64,000 nucleotides of DNA from Carcharhinus amblyrhynchos (Eukaryota), in assembly GCA_965287045.1 (NCBI GenBank), contig OZ336885.1, positions 65,968,001 to 66,032,000 of the forward strand, given 5' to 3'. This document shows positions 26,452-39,699 of this stretch, piece after piece. Below the pieces are notes generated by a model. The model was not told the origin of the DNA and did no database searches. It saw only the letters and a list, made by a program, of their open reading frames with translations. How positions within the stretch are numbered: the stretch's first letter is position 1; every line of letters begins with the position of its first letter. The translations under genes were made by a program, and so were the position numbers.

Positions 26452-29400
26452 GTAAGTAATTGATTTATCCTGAAAATAAGGGGTATTTGCAACTTTCATC
26501 CAACCTATATGGGACCAAGTGTGGTGGAACATGACCCAAGCATTTGTTCGCTTATTTTCCGTCTCACACGAGAAATACTTCCGTTGGCCAAGTCAATAAT
26601 TTTCTATTCAAACAGTGGACACTGCAATTAATTAATACATTGTTACACACTCTGACCATGCTTTGTCATTTAATATTCCGTGGCTGACATGGTTGTAATT
26701 CTAAATGTGTTCACGGATAAATGTAACACGGATGAATTATCAACTACTTGGTTGCGAGTAATCTATGTATTCTTGTCTTGAAATATTCATTAACTGTTTC
26801 AACACGACATTTTCCGGAAGAGAGCTCCAGCAACTCAGAATCCTCTTAAAGAAAATAAATCTCAATCTATGCGTCAAAGGGATGATCACTTATTTTTAAA
26901 CAGTAACTTCCAGTTCTCGATTCTCCCAAAAGTGAATCCAAATATTGCCTTATATACCCCGTCAGAACCCATCGATGCCTTATTTTTGTTTCCACAGAAT
27001 GTTCCTGTTAACTTTCTCATCTTTATCGGACAAAATCCTGACTTGTCAACTTTTCCTCAAAGGACAATATGCCCACTCCAGGCATAAGTTTGATAAAATT
27101 TCTTAGAAGTTCTTGAAGATTGGCAAATATCCGTACATAAGTTGACAAATACGGGAAACAATACTGAGCATTTGGGTTCGCTGGGACTCCACATACGTTA
27201 TGTGCATTATTATTTTTAATTTAACTACGCCTGCAATGGATTGTATTCGTTCTTTGCCGGCCGCATATTGTTTTTTTTTAATGACACATGCATCAAAACG
27301 ATTCGACCTGTCTGCACCTCCCAGGTCTGCAAAGTTTTAAAAATGATTTGATAGACTTCCACTTCATTCCCTTCACTAATTCGAATATTTTAACTAGTCG
27401 TCGCATTATACTCCATGTGCAGGGCCTGGACTCGAAAACTTATCCGACCTGTATATTTTCGGAGATTGCTTTTGTCTTACTCAAAACTAATTACCTATCT
27501 TTGTGTATTCAACAAATATTGTATTATCTATTCAATACCATTGACCTGACCAATTGATATAATTTGTAATAATTTGGGGTCCTAAGTCGTATCTCTGTTG
27601 CAAGCCACTTGTTACATATGCCCACTCTGAAAACAGTTGTTTATACCTGTTTTTGTTTCTTTCTTGTTCGATAATTTATGTGCTATTGACTCCAAACGTT
27701 TAGCTTCTATACGATGGGGTTTTCCTACCACAATAACCGATGCCAAGGGTTATCAAAACACTTGTGGAAAAGCAATGCAGGGAATCTGCCTTTATTTGCG
27801 GTACGTGTTACCAACAAAGGAAACGTCATCGTGTTAGAATAATGTTATTTATCGTTAACAAAATATCCTAATGGCCTGATTCTAATCCAAATTCTAGTTT
27901 GAAAGTTAAGGGCATGTGTGAGGTAGACTGTGTTCTGTCCACCTCCTTCATTGAAAAGAAAAATGAAGTAAATTTGGTATCTTCCAACCTTTCAGCCAAT
28001 CTAGGGGGGTTGGCAAGTTAAAGCCAATCAATGAAGTAAAATCAATGAAAGAAAGTTGGGTGATATTCTTTGGGGTCTGGACATTTGTATCCCGACATCA
28101 CGACAATTCGTCCAATATCATTTATCTGCTTATAATGATTTCCCTGAGCACTTTTCGGCCTCGTAATTAAGAAGAACTACGTGATGTGAACTCGGTTGAT
28201 TACGAAGAAAACAGACGCAAATTACCTGCTAATTTCATGCACAACATCCTTTATTTCCGTTATTTACATTGCAAAATCTAAATTGTCGAGTTCCATATGA
28301 AAAATGCTCGCTTTGATTTTTCTGTTTGTGTTTTGCTTCAAGGTTCAAAGAAACCATGCCACTCAATTTATTTATTTCAATCTACTTTTTCTCTTACACA
28401 TTTTTTTTCCATTCTATCTTTTTTTCAATACTTGCTGTCCCCTCCTTCAGTCCAACGTTCTGAACTGACACGTTTATTTGCGCTAATTTATGCTGTTCCT
28501 CTTGATTATTACATATTTAGCCATTCCAGTCAACTATGAATCGTGCCACTGCCTATTGGATTTCATTTTCGCACTTTAGCAAATAAATATATCCTGTGCA
28601 CTTTGAAATGTGCTTTGCATGTGCTGTTCAGTTCCTTTTTATTTTCACCGTAATGTAATTTTTTGAATTTATTTCGTTCGTTTTCAATTCCAAGCCTTTA
28701 TAACTGACCCAAATTAAACATAACTCATAAACATAAACGCAATTGTTTCTGAAACAAATTGTGTTTCAAATTCAATAATATGTCTTTCATTGATACTTGC
28801 GAACGCCTTCGCTTTAAACTTCTTAATTATTGTCAGCCTTTTGCAGAGTATCATTTGTTTCATGACTTTTACCATTTTTCATATCTGAGCAAATCGTCCC
28901 TTCATGCTGGTTTACCGCAATTAGCTCCTTTATCTATACTTTGGCGATAAAGGCATTGTCCGACTTAACATTCATTTTACCAGTTCCAACATTCGAATTC
29001 ACCCATTTGTCGTCTTCCTTTAAAAATCAGTTCCCCGACCTATTTTCTCTTGCAACCACGACTCTGCAGTTGCTGCACATTCAAAATCATATGTCTTCAA
29101 CATCCTTTTTTTTTATTATTATCAGTGTTATGATTTCTTACATTCTGATACAAAAGCTTCATTTTTAAAAACAACTTTTGAAACTGCTAGTCTCATCTGT
29201 CTATTTACTAATAGTGTCACCCTCACTGCCACTCCCATGAATTTTCTATTTCTACTTTCTCATTGTTAAGTTTTAACAATTGTTTCATTTCAAACATTTG
29301 ATTTGGTACACCGTCTACATTATCTCCATCAACGTCGGTATAAACTTTTCCATCATGCTAAGTGTGTGTCTGGCAAATAAACTGGTGCAATCACAATTCG

Positions 29401-30770
29401 TGCATATACGTGCCAAGAGTAGAGATGTTAGATTTTATTTTTAAGCATCGGCGGCAACCCAGGAACTGAAGTCGGCTTCTTCTACACTAATGTTCGAGCT
29501 ATGCATTCGGAGTCCTGATACGCTTGGTGTTGCGCACATTTCCATACGCTTAGCCAGGAATTCAGACATACTGAGCTTTGATTTTCTGCTTCTGAACTCA
29601 GCACAAAGCTGCACATACTGTCTATATGCAACATTTTTTCTGCTGCCGATAATTCAGCAGCTACAAGGAGTGCAAAGGCTAATCCCTCCCTCGTCCAACG
29701 AAGGTTCCTCTCCCATGCAGGTCTCTTGCATGCGAAGACATCAACTCGAATTCACTCAAATACTTTTTTTTTGCCGAATATGTTGCTAAAGCCAATGTCT
29801 CGACTGTTTTCTGATCAATTACGTCTTGCCTCCCAATATTTTGTTATTTCCTGTCCCACAGTGACATGACAGATTATCTCAGATCTTTTCACTAATGTAA
29901 CTGTTAGTCATGCCTTAGGAATAGGATGTTCTTCTTTTTCATGCGTGTGCTTCCGCGTCTGTGTTAATGAATGATCAAATATATATTTTGAATTAATGTA
30001 ACACAAAGGCACCTCGAAGTCTTTCGTTTGGTTGCACTTAAACGCTGCCTGAAATGTTTTTGATAACATAAAATATCATATACTGGAGCTTATTCGGAAA
30101 TAAGTCAGCAAGAAACAAGAAGAGTTCCAAATATGCACCTTGCACGGTCCAGCCAACTTAAAGTGGAGAAAAGGCAAATCGAGAAACCTAAAGCGAATGG
30201 ATTTCTGTAATCAGGAAGTATGAAAAGAAAAGTCTCAACAATGCCAATTTCAAAGGAAGAAAAAACTGAGAACATTTTTTTCACTTATTGAAGCCAGAAA
30301 CAGGGTGAGAGCAAAATGTGGGCATACATGAATGGCTTCAAAGCGCAGGCTCACTTTCAGAGGAACGTTTCTTCGTTGTGTAATTTTGCAATACACAACA
30401 TGTAATTGAGTCAGAACATTTCGTTAAACAATTTGTTAACTGTTTCATTTGATCAATCTTGCTAGAGTCCAAAGCGAATTTAGTTGATACTTTCTAATAA
30501 AAGTTCGTGCATAATGCACTGTATACCTGAGTAACGGGTGCAGAGTTCACGTTTTTCGAATAAAGTAACACAGGAAGCATATAAAAAAACAGATCTGTCA
30601 ATATTTTTATACGTAGAAAAAGTGGTCACAGTCGATGTGCACATGATGCTCCTCAGATTGAACATATTGTTGTGTCTAAATATCTGGCATCCCCATCTTA
30701 CAATGTTCCAATGAAGACCAATGTAACCTAATGATAAAGCGAGTGTACTGGCATATCTCCCAATTTTGCA

Positions 30771-30978
30771 GTTCACTAAATATAGAACATCACTCCCACA
30801 ATGCGATCTATTTCAGTATGTACATGGCCAAATCTTGGCCTCCCCCATTGCGCAATTCACACTTTATTCTGATGTTCTTCTTTCGCAGAAATCTGAGGCA
30901 GATATTTCCCCTGATTTATCCGATTCCGTTATCTTACAGTTATGCCAGTATCAGGGCCTGCAGTATTCTTTAACATAT
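30771..30978. repeat. Resumption of unit C homology (matches unit A ~967-1167)
   Basis: aaatatagaacatc...cgatctatttcag...gcctcccccattg...gaggcagatatttccc...gcctgcagta shared with 970-1167 and 11279-11478. Confidence 0.9.
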
Positions 30979-32017
30979 CTTTTTTGCATCGTATTCAAAA
31001 AGCATCTGTCACAAGTGCCCTAATTCCAATCAAATGATGCTTTTCTACGTTGATGGATCCCTCTGTAACATTACCATGCACAACTTTATCCGCCTCTCAG
31101 TTGATGAGTATATTTTAAAATTAAGGTCAGATAGCTTCAAGCAGCAGGATGAGGTAATCGATAAAACTTAATATTGTCATCTATTATCCGAACAGAGTAC
31201 TTAGAAACAAAGGCAGGCTGTTTAGCTTTCAGATCTTTATGCACCATTCAGAAATTTTGGGCTGATCAGTTTCCGGACCTACACCAATGTCTCTTCGCTT
31301 TCCCACCCATCTCTGCAATATTACTCGCCATTGACTTGCTAATCAAAACCCTCGACACAACTGCCTTAAAATCATTCCGTGAAATAGATGCAATTGCTTC
31401 TTTGAGTTGGAAAATTACAATCTTCATTAACTCCAAAGTTCAAATTGACTCAAATCACTGTTAAAGGTGAAACCTTTTATTTTTAAAATTTGCCGTGTGG
31501 GTAAAGCACATTCCCTGTATTTGACACTTTATAATACTTCAGAATCTCTCAGAAACAAAGGCAAACATGTGGACTCTAATCGAAACAAACTACTGCACGG
31601 CTGTTACACATCAACGACTTTTACATTGAATTCGTTTGTAAAAAAATCTATAGTACGTGTCCTCAACTGCGTACTACCCACTTATGTAGCGATTCCTGCA
31701 AAGAGTCATACAGAACCAACTGCGATGTTGTTTTTTTTTTGTTGTTTAATTTACTTTTTTTCTAATGCTGTAAAATTGGACCATTTAACTTCCTGTGAAA
31801 CTATGCTCACAAACAGACCATAAAATAAATATTGGACATCAATTGCTCAGATTGGTTCAACGCGGACATAGAGGTGTAGAACTCGTTGGTAATTGGTACA
31901 ATTGTAAATGCAGGAGTTTTACGCTGCAGAGGAGCTGAGGCTGATTGCATCCTAAATATGCAATCTTTATTACAATGTGTTTGCTAGGTAATAATAATTT
32001 TCTTCGTAATTTTACAG

Positions 32018-32044
32018 CCCAATATATAGAAAGAAGTAAAGATG
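32018..32044 (+). CDS. 27-nt phase-1 exon, SQYIERSKD
   Basis: tcttcgtaattttacag|...GATG|gtaaat; only phase-1 frame open. Confidence 0.65.
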
Positions 32045-33153
32045 GTAAATATATTAATCAACAATGCACCCATTGTTTTATCTTTGGCATGTGAGTCGAT
32101 AATGCAATAAGCTGTAGAATTTCACTGTAATTGCGAATGCCAACATAGAATGGATGCAAATATGCGCTCTCTATTTCGAGTAAATGCCAAATTTCCGGTC
32201 CAGTTACAATCTTCGACAAGAACTGCAATGCTCAGGTTCATACGATGCATGGCGTATCGTTAATGACAATTAAGGTTCAGCATTTATTCGGTGAAAATGC
32301 TTTCAGGGATGCAATTGTAGGCGACCACCGATTCGAAACTGATTGCATCAGAAAGAATGGCTATCATCTATCTCGTATGAATTCAGCGCCATTACTTGAA
32401 ATCAAATCCACCGTGTTTTAGGCTACATAGATATCGTCTAGAAAATTAATTCCATTAATCAATACTGTTTCCTATAATGTCAGGCTGTTTGGGTTCCCAG
32501 TGCTTGAAACACGCCTTCATGTTTAGACATTGTTTTGTAATGTTGCGAACGACCCTCTGTTACTGAACAATTGATTCGAAACATGGCATCATACACAGGC
32601 AGAGTAATATGTCAGTGACAAGACAGTTTTTTTTTTAATTTAGATCTCTGCCCTCATGAAGAAATACTGACTCTTAAACGAGCATGCATTTATTTCAATG
32701 CCAATAAATAACATAGCATATGCATTTGCAACTTATCACGGACATAATTACAAAGCAGTCTGACGGCGCGGTCGATTTTTGAAGGTAAACTTTATGTTCA
32801 GTTATGCTGAAGTCAATGATCAGAATAAACGTCTAATACGTCACCAGGGTGATAATTCCTAATTCCTACTATGTGCAGGAAAAAAATGTCTCATTCTATT
32901 TTCCATGATTAATTTCAGGCCGTAGGATAAGAAATTCAAGAGATATCAGAACGTTTCTCCGGTGTCCTTACACAACAAAACATAGTTTCTGTTTTTCTTT
33001 CTAAATTCATTAATTAAGGCAGACAGCAAGCATGATAACATCATTCTCGTGTGCACTGCCACGATTACATGCTGAACACATTGCATTTGAAATTGCATTC
33101 AATAAAAGCGATCAGGGAAGAAAATGGAGAAATTTAAGTATCTCTTTCTATAG

Positions 33154-33189
33154 ACTTAGAGAAAATGAAGAACAAGAGATTAGCTACGG
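33154..33189 (+). CDS. 36-nt phase-1 exon, DLEKMKNKRLAT
   Basis: tctctttctatag|...ACGG|gtaaga. Confidence 0.75.
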
Positions 33190-34045
33190 GTAAGACTAGC
33201 GTTGAGATGGCGCAAATGAGCCTTATGTGTTCTGATAACATATTTAGTCGTTGAAATAGCAAATGTATTTCATGGAACGCACAGCGTTTTTCGCACGTCA
33301 ATGTAACCGGCACATTAGCAGTTAAGAAATGTTTCTGGCAAAATGTTTAGTAAACAATTATAAAGCACGCTTTGAAGTTCTTGGTTGGCAGTGCTATTGT
33401 TATCATCGTATGATTGAAGTCTAAATCCTCGGTCCAAGCTATCCATGAAAGTGGTGTGTTTTGCAACCCAATTTGCATTGCTAATATTCGAGAACAGAGT
33501 AGGCCAAAACTTCTTAGCCTCTAAAACTCTCATTCTTTCAGAATGTTTGTATTCAATTAAAGTTTTGACATGGAAATTGACTATAATATGTGCCTTTACT
33601 CATGTTCACCTTACTTGATTGTCTACACCTGCATGTCATAGAACAGAAATGAAGATATAACATGATGAGAATTTTCGGCGAATAAAAAGACCAGTTAACG
33701 CTGAATGTAAAGATCATGTTATGCTTCAGGATAAACATTTAGAAACGTGTGTGAACAAGTGATTCACATTCAATAGTCTCTCACTTTAACGTAATGAGTT
33801 GAGAGGATATAATGTAACAGATTCTACAATAAGTTGTTCGTTTCTAGAGAGTAAGTCATGTTGCCAGATGACTTTCTAACTGAAAAATAGATACTGTATT
33901 GCGATTCGGAAAACGTGAAAATACAGTGTATTAGACTGGTTTTATGACGAGTAATATAGACCGAGATCCATCCTTCAGGGGTTACTCGCTATTCGAGTTT
34001 CAAATCTAATTCTGACTCAAACATTGCTTCTAATTTATTTTCCAG

Positions 34046-34072
34046 AAAAGAGCCCACATTTCCCACCAACAG
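34046..34072 (+). CDS. 27-nt phase-1 exon, EKSPHFPPT
   Basis: aatttattttccag|...ACAG|gtgaga. Confidence 0.75.
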
Positions 34073-35094
34073 GTGAGAAGTTGCAACTCATGCTTCATTT
34101 TTGACTGTCTGCTTGGGATACCAAATTTTATGTGCTACCGATATATCATTGTGCCAAAAAATCTATGTGATACTGAAGAAATTCATTTCACACAAAGTGC
34201 CACAGAATTTTTTTTCAGTATAAATAAACATGTGCTCTGTCTGGCGTGATGGACAAACATAAATATTATTGACTCAGGTAGGATGCTGTCTTTCAAGAAA
34301 ATCCACCACAAATTAATCGATGAGTGTATGCCAAAAGTTTGTAACCCACACTAGTCATTTCTCTAGATGTTTAACTGATACCTTATCTCCACGTCCCCGG
34401 TGGTCTGTGTCCGATCATCATGGCAACAAATATTATTCTTGATGAAGTTGCACAAGAAAAGCTCAGGAATTTAACACTGATTTGGCCGTTCAACCCATTC
34501 AATCACGTGATCCACTTCGATGTCAACGTCACGACTTTAGCCGCCTTGATGGCGCCGTTATAAGATATGCTGACAGCAGGGACTAAAAATGAAACATCCG
34601 TGTGTGCCATAACGGCGGGATGCCCAGGAAGACTGAAGAAGGTAATTTCCTCCAGCAAAATACGTTGAATCATTTAAAGATAAAATGAGAAATGAAAATG
34701 TTGGAATACTCACTACCTATATCAATATTGGTGGGCAGAAAAAACAGCATTCATTTCGCAAGATATTACATGATGTAAACTTGCCCTCATTTTGTTTTAC
34801 GTGGGCAGAACCCAATAACAACTGGCAGTATTTGCATTTTCAGCTGTCATTTATTATCTTTCGCGTGGAAGATACACGACAGATTCTTGCACGCGTCACT
34901 GTAATAAATGATTGATATTGAACGTATGAATACAAAGTGGTTATACCTTACGGATTTATGGTTTGTGATGTTATCTGTTTCTATAACCCATTGTTTAATC
35001 GGCACCATTCTGTTCAATCTGTACTGCTGCAATGCATGAATGATTATTATCGGCAAAGAGCACCTCAAATGCATGTTGCTTCCAACCAACTTTG

Positions 35095-35750
35095 ATTTTG
35101 ATTTGACTTGATTTGATTTATTATTGTTACATGCATTAACATACAGTGAAAAGTATTGTTCAATGAGCGTTATACAGACAAAGCAGACCGTTAATAGAGA
35201 AGGAAACGTGAGAATGAAGAAAGTAGTGTTACACTCATAGCTAGGGTGTGGAGAAAGATCAACTTAATGCAAGGTAAGTCCACTCAAAAGTCTGACAGCA
35301 GCAGGGAAGAAGCTGCTCTTGAGTCGGTTAGTACGTGATCTCATTGTTTTTCTTGTATCTTTTTCCCTAAGGAAGAAGATGGAGGAGAGAATGTCCCGGG
35401 TGCTTCGGATCCTTAATTATGCTGACTGCTTTGCCGAGGCAGACAGAAGTGTAGACAGAGTCAATGGATGGGATGCTTGTGTGCAGAATAGGTTGAGCTG
35501 CTGTGATGCGTTGCGATTCTGGACAGACCAGGAGCCATGCCAAGCCGTGATTCAACTTGTGTGCATCTGTAAAGGTTAGTTAGAGTTGTAGCTGACCTGC
35601 CAAATTTTCTTAGTCTCCTGAGAAAGTAGAGGCACTGGTGGGCTTTCTTAACTATAATGGTGGCATGGGCTGGGGGGGTGGGGGAGTTGGGTGGTGGGAG
35701 TGCTGGGGATGAGGAGGCTTGACAGATTGTTGGTGATCTGGACGACTAAA
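35095..35750 (-). mobile_element. Rex1/Babar-like LINE 3' fragment
   Basis: (gattt)n tail on plus; minus ORF SIDSVYTSVCLGKAVSIIKDPKHPGHSL typical of Rex1-type RT C-terminus. Confidence 0.75.
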
Positions 35751-35872
35751 ATCTTGTGTTTTTGAACAAATGTATTTACTTATGCAGGCTGAATTGAACA
35801 ATAGTATGTACTGCTGCATCGTGACATTTGTTATGAACCGAGTCTCTCTGACACATATGTCCCTCCTGTTAG

Positions 35873-35899
35873 GTTCTTCAAAGATTACAGACAGTTTCG
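35873..35899 (+). CDS. 27-nt phase-1 exon, GSSKITDSF
   Basis: gtccctcctgttag|...TTCG|gtcagt. Confidence 0.6.
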
Positions 35900-36965
35900 G
35901 TCAGTATCCGGCAGTTTGCACAATTGAATACAGTAATACAACCGTTATCACTGCTGCCCTTTTTTTCAATCAAATGGGAAATCAGATGTGGCGTACCGTG
36001 AAATTTATGTTCAATACAAGTTCCTGATAAGCCTGGGTACATTCACTTTCATGGGTAAATTCTTTAACTGAATAGCTAGCCTATGCAGCATTTCAAAACT
36101 ATACAATGCACCTTCCCGAAGGCATTGTTGCCTGCGATTCCAGGCATCTGAAATGTTGTAGTCCAGTTGATCGATTTCCAACAATTGAATCTAAATTTAG
36201 TAATTCAACAAATAAGTAACAAATTATACGTTCAGTAGCCAGATTCAGGAATCGGATAAATTAAAACAAAAATCAGCTGTAATTCTAAAATCGGACTGAT
36301 GTCATTAGATATTGTATGCATGCAGTTAGCCTTCTTCAAATTCTTCTCAGTTTTGGCCACAGGATGTTTATGTTTTGTAGTCAGCATTGGTCATTTGAAC
36401 CTCAGTTGGGGATATTTAGTTTCTTTCTTATAGAATGGGGCAATTGTATAAGTGGCATGTGACAGTTCTCATCTATGGCTTACCATCGTTTGAGTCATAA
36501 TATATAATTCGGCCCTGTCTGAGAGGAAAAGAATGTCGCTCATCGTTGTGCTACAATTAGCGTACATCCCTGTGTTTGACGAAACAATTGAAGAAAGCTG
36601 ATGCGATAGCCAACGATGGGTTGAGTAATCAAGCCAGGGCTTCTGCAACGATGAACTGGGATCGTAGGGATCGAGCATATTTTATGTTTTGTTCAAGTTA
36701 AGAATCAAATTAAGTGACCGTTTACGTCTGAATCGCATTGATTTCCACTTCTTTCTCGGTTAATTGAAGGCATATTTTGTCTAAATCTGACCTGATGGCG
36801 TGAGATGACACTCTCATCTCAGCTCCTAATTTTCTTTATGTTTTCTCCAAGTATGAAATTAAAGTAGGAAGGATTGTCCCTCTGAACTCCAACGGTCTTC
36901 ATTCAGCAGACTCTTGCTGAGTATTTGTAAATTCATAGCACTACTGATGAAATGTAAAAAAAAAA

Positions 36966-38470
36966 TGGACAAGTAAGACATTCGGGAACAGTTCGTCAAT
37001 AATATCACAGTTAATTTATCCCAATCCGATTTTTTTTCATCCATGTCGTGTCCCAATAACGCTTAGTGGAATTGAGTACGTTAACTTATCCATTTTCCTT
37101 GATAAATATTGAATTGAATGTGTTCTTTTCTTTGTGGGAACAACTTGCCATGATAAATTTCCACATTGCCATGTCAGTCATATTGTCAGGGAGTCATAGA
37201 CTCATGCAGCACAGGATAACTCCTTTGGCCCACCCAGTCTGCAATCCAGAGATCATTATTATCAACTGCATTACCTTATTTACCTAACTCTTCACATCCC
37301 CTCAAGAGAAATATTTTCCTTTCTATCAATATCGTTCGCATCCACGTGGGGCATGACACCTGCATCGCCCACCTCCCGGTTCCCTCCATACGCACAAGTA
37401 ATTCATTTGCATTCCAAATGAGTGTATTGAAGCCCGTACACCAACTGGTCAACACAAACTTGGGAAATCAGAATTTACCATAGAGAACATTGTCTGTGCC
37501 CTGTCTAAACGATCCGAATTAAAACGGCATTTCTCTTCTCTCCGTCTCCTTGAATGACTCCCTTAGCCCAATGCTATGCTTAGGTTCTTCACACTCACTT
37601 CAGTCCCCACTCCTGTCCACACAACTGGCAAGAATCCTAAATCAGTTGGGCAACGTCAAGCATTGATTCTTGACAAATCAACCTGCTGGATCCTTCTACA
37701 ATTCTATCCACAGTCATACATTCCTCTCAGTGTACCCTGACATTATATGATGCACACAATCCCAGGGAGTTGGCTGCCACTTGAAACAAAGCATTTATTG
37801 AGTTCCGCGAAAGGGCGCTCGCAGTCATGTTATATCATCTTTGTTTTCCATGTCCAAATAGAGTAGCGTGGACCGGTCTCACAACTGCTCCAACTCTATC
37901 AGCTAGCAAGTCCACTGAGAGATTTTGGTTTTCCACCTCGAGCTGAAGGCTTTTTTTTTATTTCTGATTTCCCAAGACTGTGTTGACTACCTGGCGTCTG
38001 GGGTTCAATGCAGCTCATTTGGACTGCAGAGGAAGTTCTCGCGGGTATGGAGGGAACAGGGACGAGGGCTATGCAGATGCCATGTCCCACGTGGATCCGA
38101 ACGATATTGATAGAAAGGGAAGTATTTCTCCTGAGGGTATATGAACAATTGGGCAAATAAGGTAATGAGGTTAATAATGATGATCTCTGGATTGCAGTCT
38201 GGATGGGCCAAAGGGGTTATACTGAGCTATACGAGTCTATGACTTCCTCACAATATGATTGACAAGGCAATGTGGAAAGGTACCATGACAAGTTGTGCCC
38301 ACAAAGAAAAGAACACATTCAATTCAATAATTATCGCGAAAAATGGATAAGTTAACATTTGTAATTTTACTAAGCGTTATTGGGACAAGATAAGGATGAA
38401 ACAATTCGGAACAGGATAAATTACCCTTTATTATTGACGAACTGTTCCTAAATAACTTAATTACTTGCCC
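36966..38470. repeat. Diverged inverted repeat: arms ~36966-37473 and ~37961-38470
   Basis: e.g. tttggcccacccagtctgcaatccagagatcattatt (37224) is the near reverse complement of aataatgatgatctctggattgcagtctggatgggccaaa (38174). Confidence 0.92.
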
Positions 38471-39062
38471 AGGTAATTATCCACGACACCCCCCCTCCCC
38501 CGCCCACACCCCAACCCCCACCTCTCCCCCCGTTATCCGCCGCAGTGTTTAAAAATCTGATTCCAGCTCATCAACGTTAATCCGGCGTTCTTCCAGCAAC
38601 CAACTCTGGCTGCAGATGTGATCCCTTGGAACCACAATGGGGTCCATCACCTCTCACATGATGCTGCGACAGCGCAGCATGGACCAGCATATTTAGATTA
38701 ATGACTTCGTTTTATTTTATTCCGTTGCTAAACTAAATACCGTTGAAATATGACATGACAGACATATGTTTCCTCCTTCTGCCGTGACCTGCAACTCTTC
38801 CTACTGAACCGTGTACACAACAAAAAAGACAGGACAAAACAGGAGTGTCTCTCCGACTTCTCTCAACTCCCACATTTACCTTGTCCCCCACGCACTCAGA
38901 GAAAGTATGTGTTCCGTGAAAGGGCGCTCGCAATCATGTTATTTAGTCTTTGTTTCCCATGTCTAAATAAAGTAGCCTGGACCGGTCTCACAACTCCTCC
39001 AAATCAATCAGCTGGCAAGTCCACTGAGGGGACTTGGTTTCCAACTTAGAAGGGTCTTTTTT
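37803..39062. repeat. ~150-bp diverged direct repeat (37803-37955 and 38912-39062)
   Basis: Shared gaaagggcgctcgca..tcatgttat...ggaccggtctcacaact...gcaagtccactgag. Confidence 0.88.
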
Positions 39063-39351
39063 CCACCAGCAGTTCGTAAATTAAACAATTTGCCAGCAAA
39101 ATATTTTAGACTAAAGAACAACAATTTAATTCTAAAGTAAATTTTGTTTAAACTATTCTGATTTCCCCTTACCTTAAGTCCCCAGTGCTCAGAGCAAAGG
39201 TCTGAGCTTTCCAAAAATGCATTCCAAAAATGTGACCGATGTTTTCAAAATACTTGCCAACAAATATTCGTGATATTGTTGACGAGCTGGTTTGACCTTG
39301 GAGGACAATATTTCTCTGTGTATAGAAATTATCAAAAACACGCTATACAAG

Positions 39352-39480
39352 CAAATTAGTGCGGATGCTGGAATATGAATCCTAACGAGAAATGATGGAA
39401 AATCCCAACAGGTCTGGCAGCGTCTATAAGGAAAAAAAAACTCACCTTTCGAATTCAGATGACCCTTTTGTCAAAGCTGT
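39352..39480 (+). repeat. Common elasmobranch interspersed repeat (related copy ~59230-59400)
   Basis: gcggatgctggaat...aaaatcccaacaggtctggcagcgtct motif recalled from shark genomes; class uncertain. Confidence 0.5.
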
Positions 39481-39699
39481 TAAAAACATGTTCATGTTTT
39501 GTGAGACGGAAATCCTTATGACATTGATTAAAGGCAGGCAAATGCCACAGAAGTGAAATGACCTTCAGAGCTGAAAATGAGAGCAGGAAAATCTGACTGC
39601 TTTGTTTTTTTTTCTCTATGCAGTCGAATATTTCAGTGACCTTCAACATGCTGTCAACCTGTAGATGCTTTTTCTCTGATGCCGTGAGTCAAAGTACGA

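Noticed and set aside
39110-39136. 27-nt AG...GT unit
   Set aside because: Immediate TAA in phase 1 and weak sites; shows such spacing can arise by chance
39326-39358. 33-nt phase-1-open unit EIIKNTLYKQI
   Set aside because: Donor is weak and supplied by the adjacent interspersed repeat
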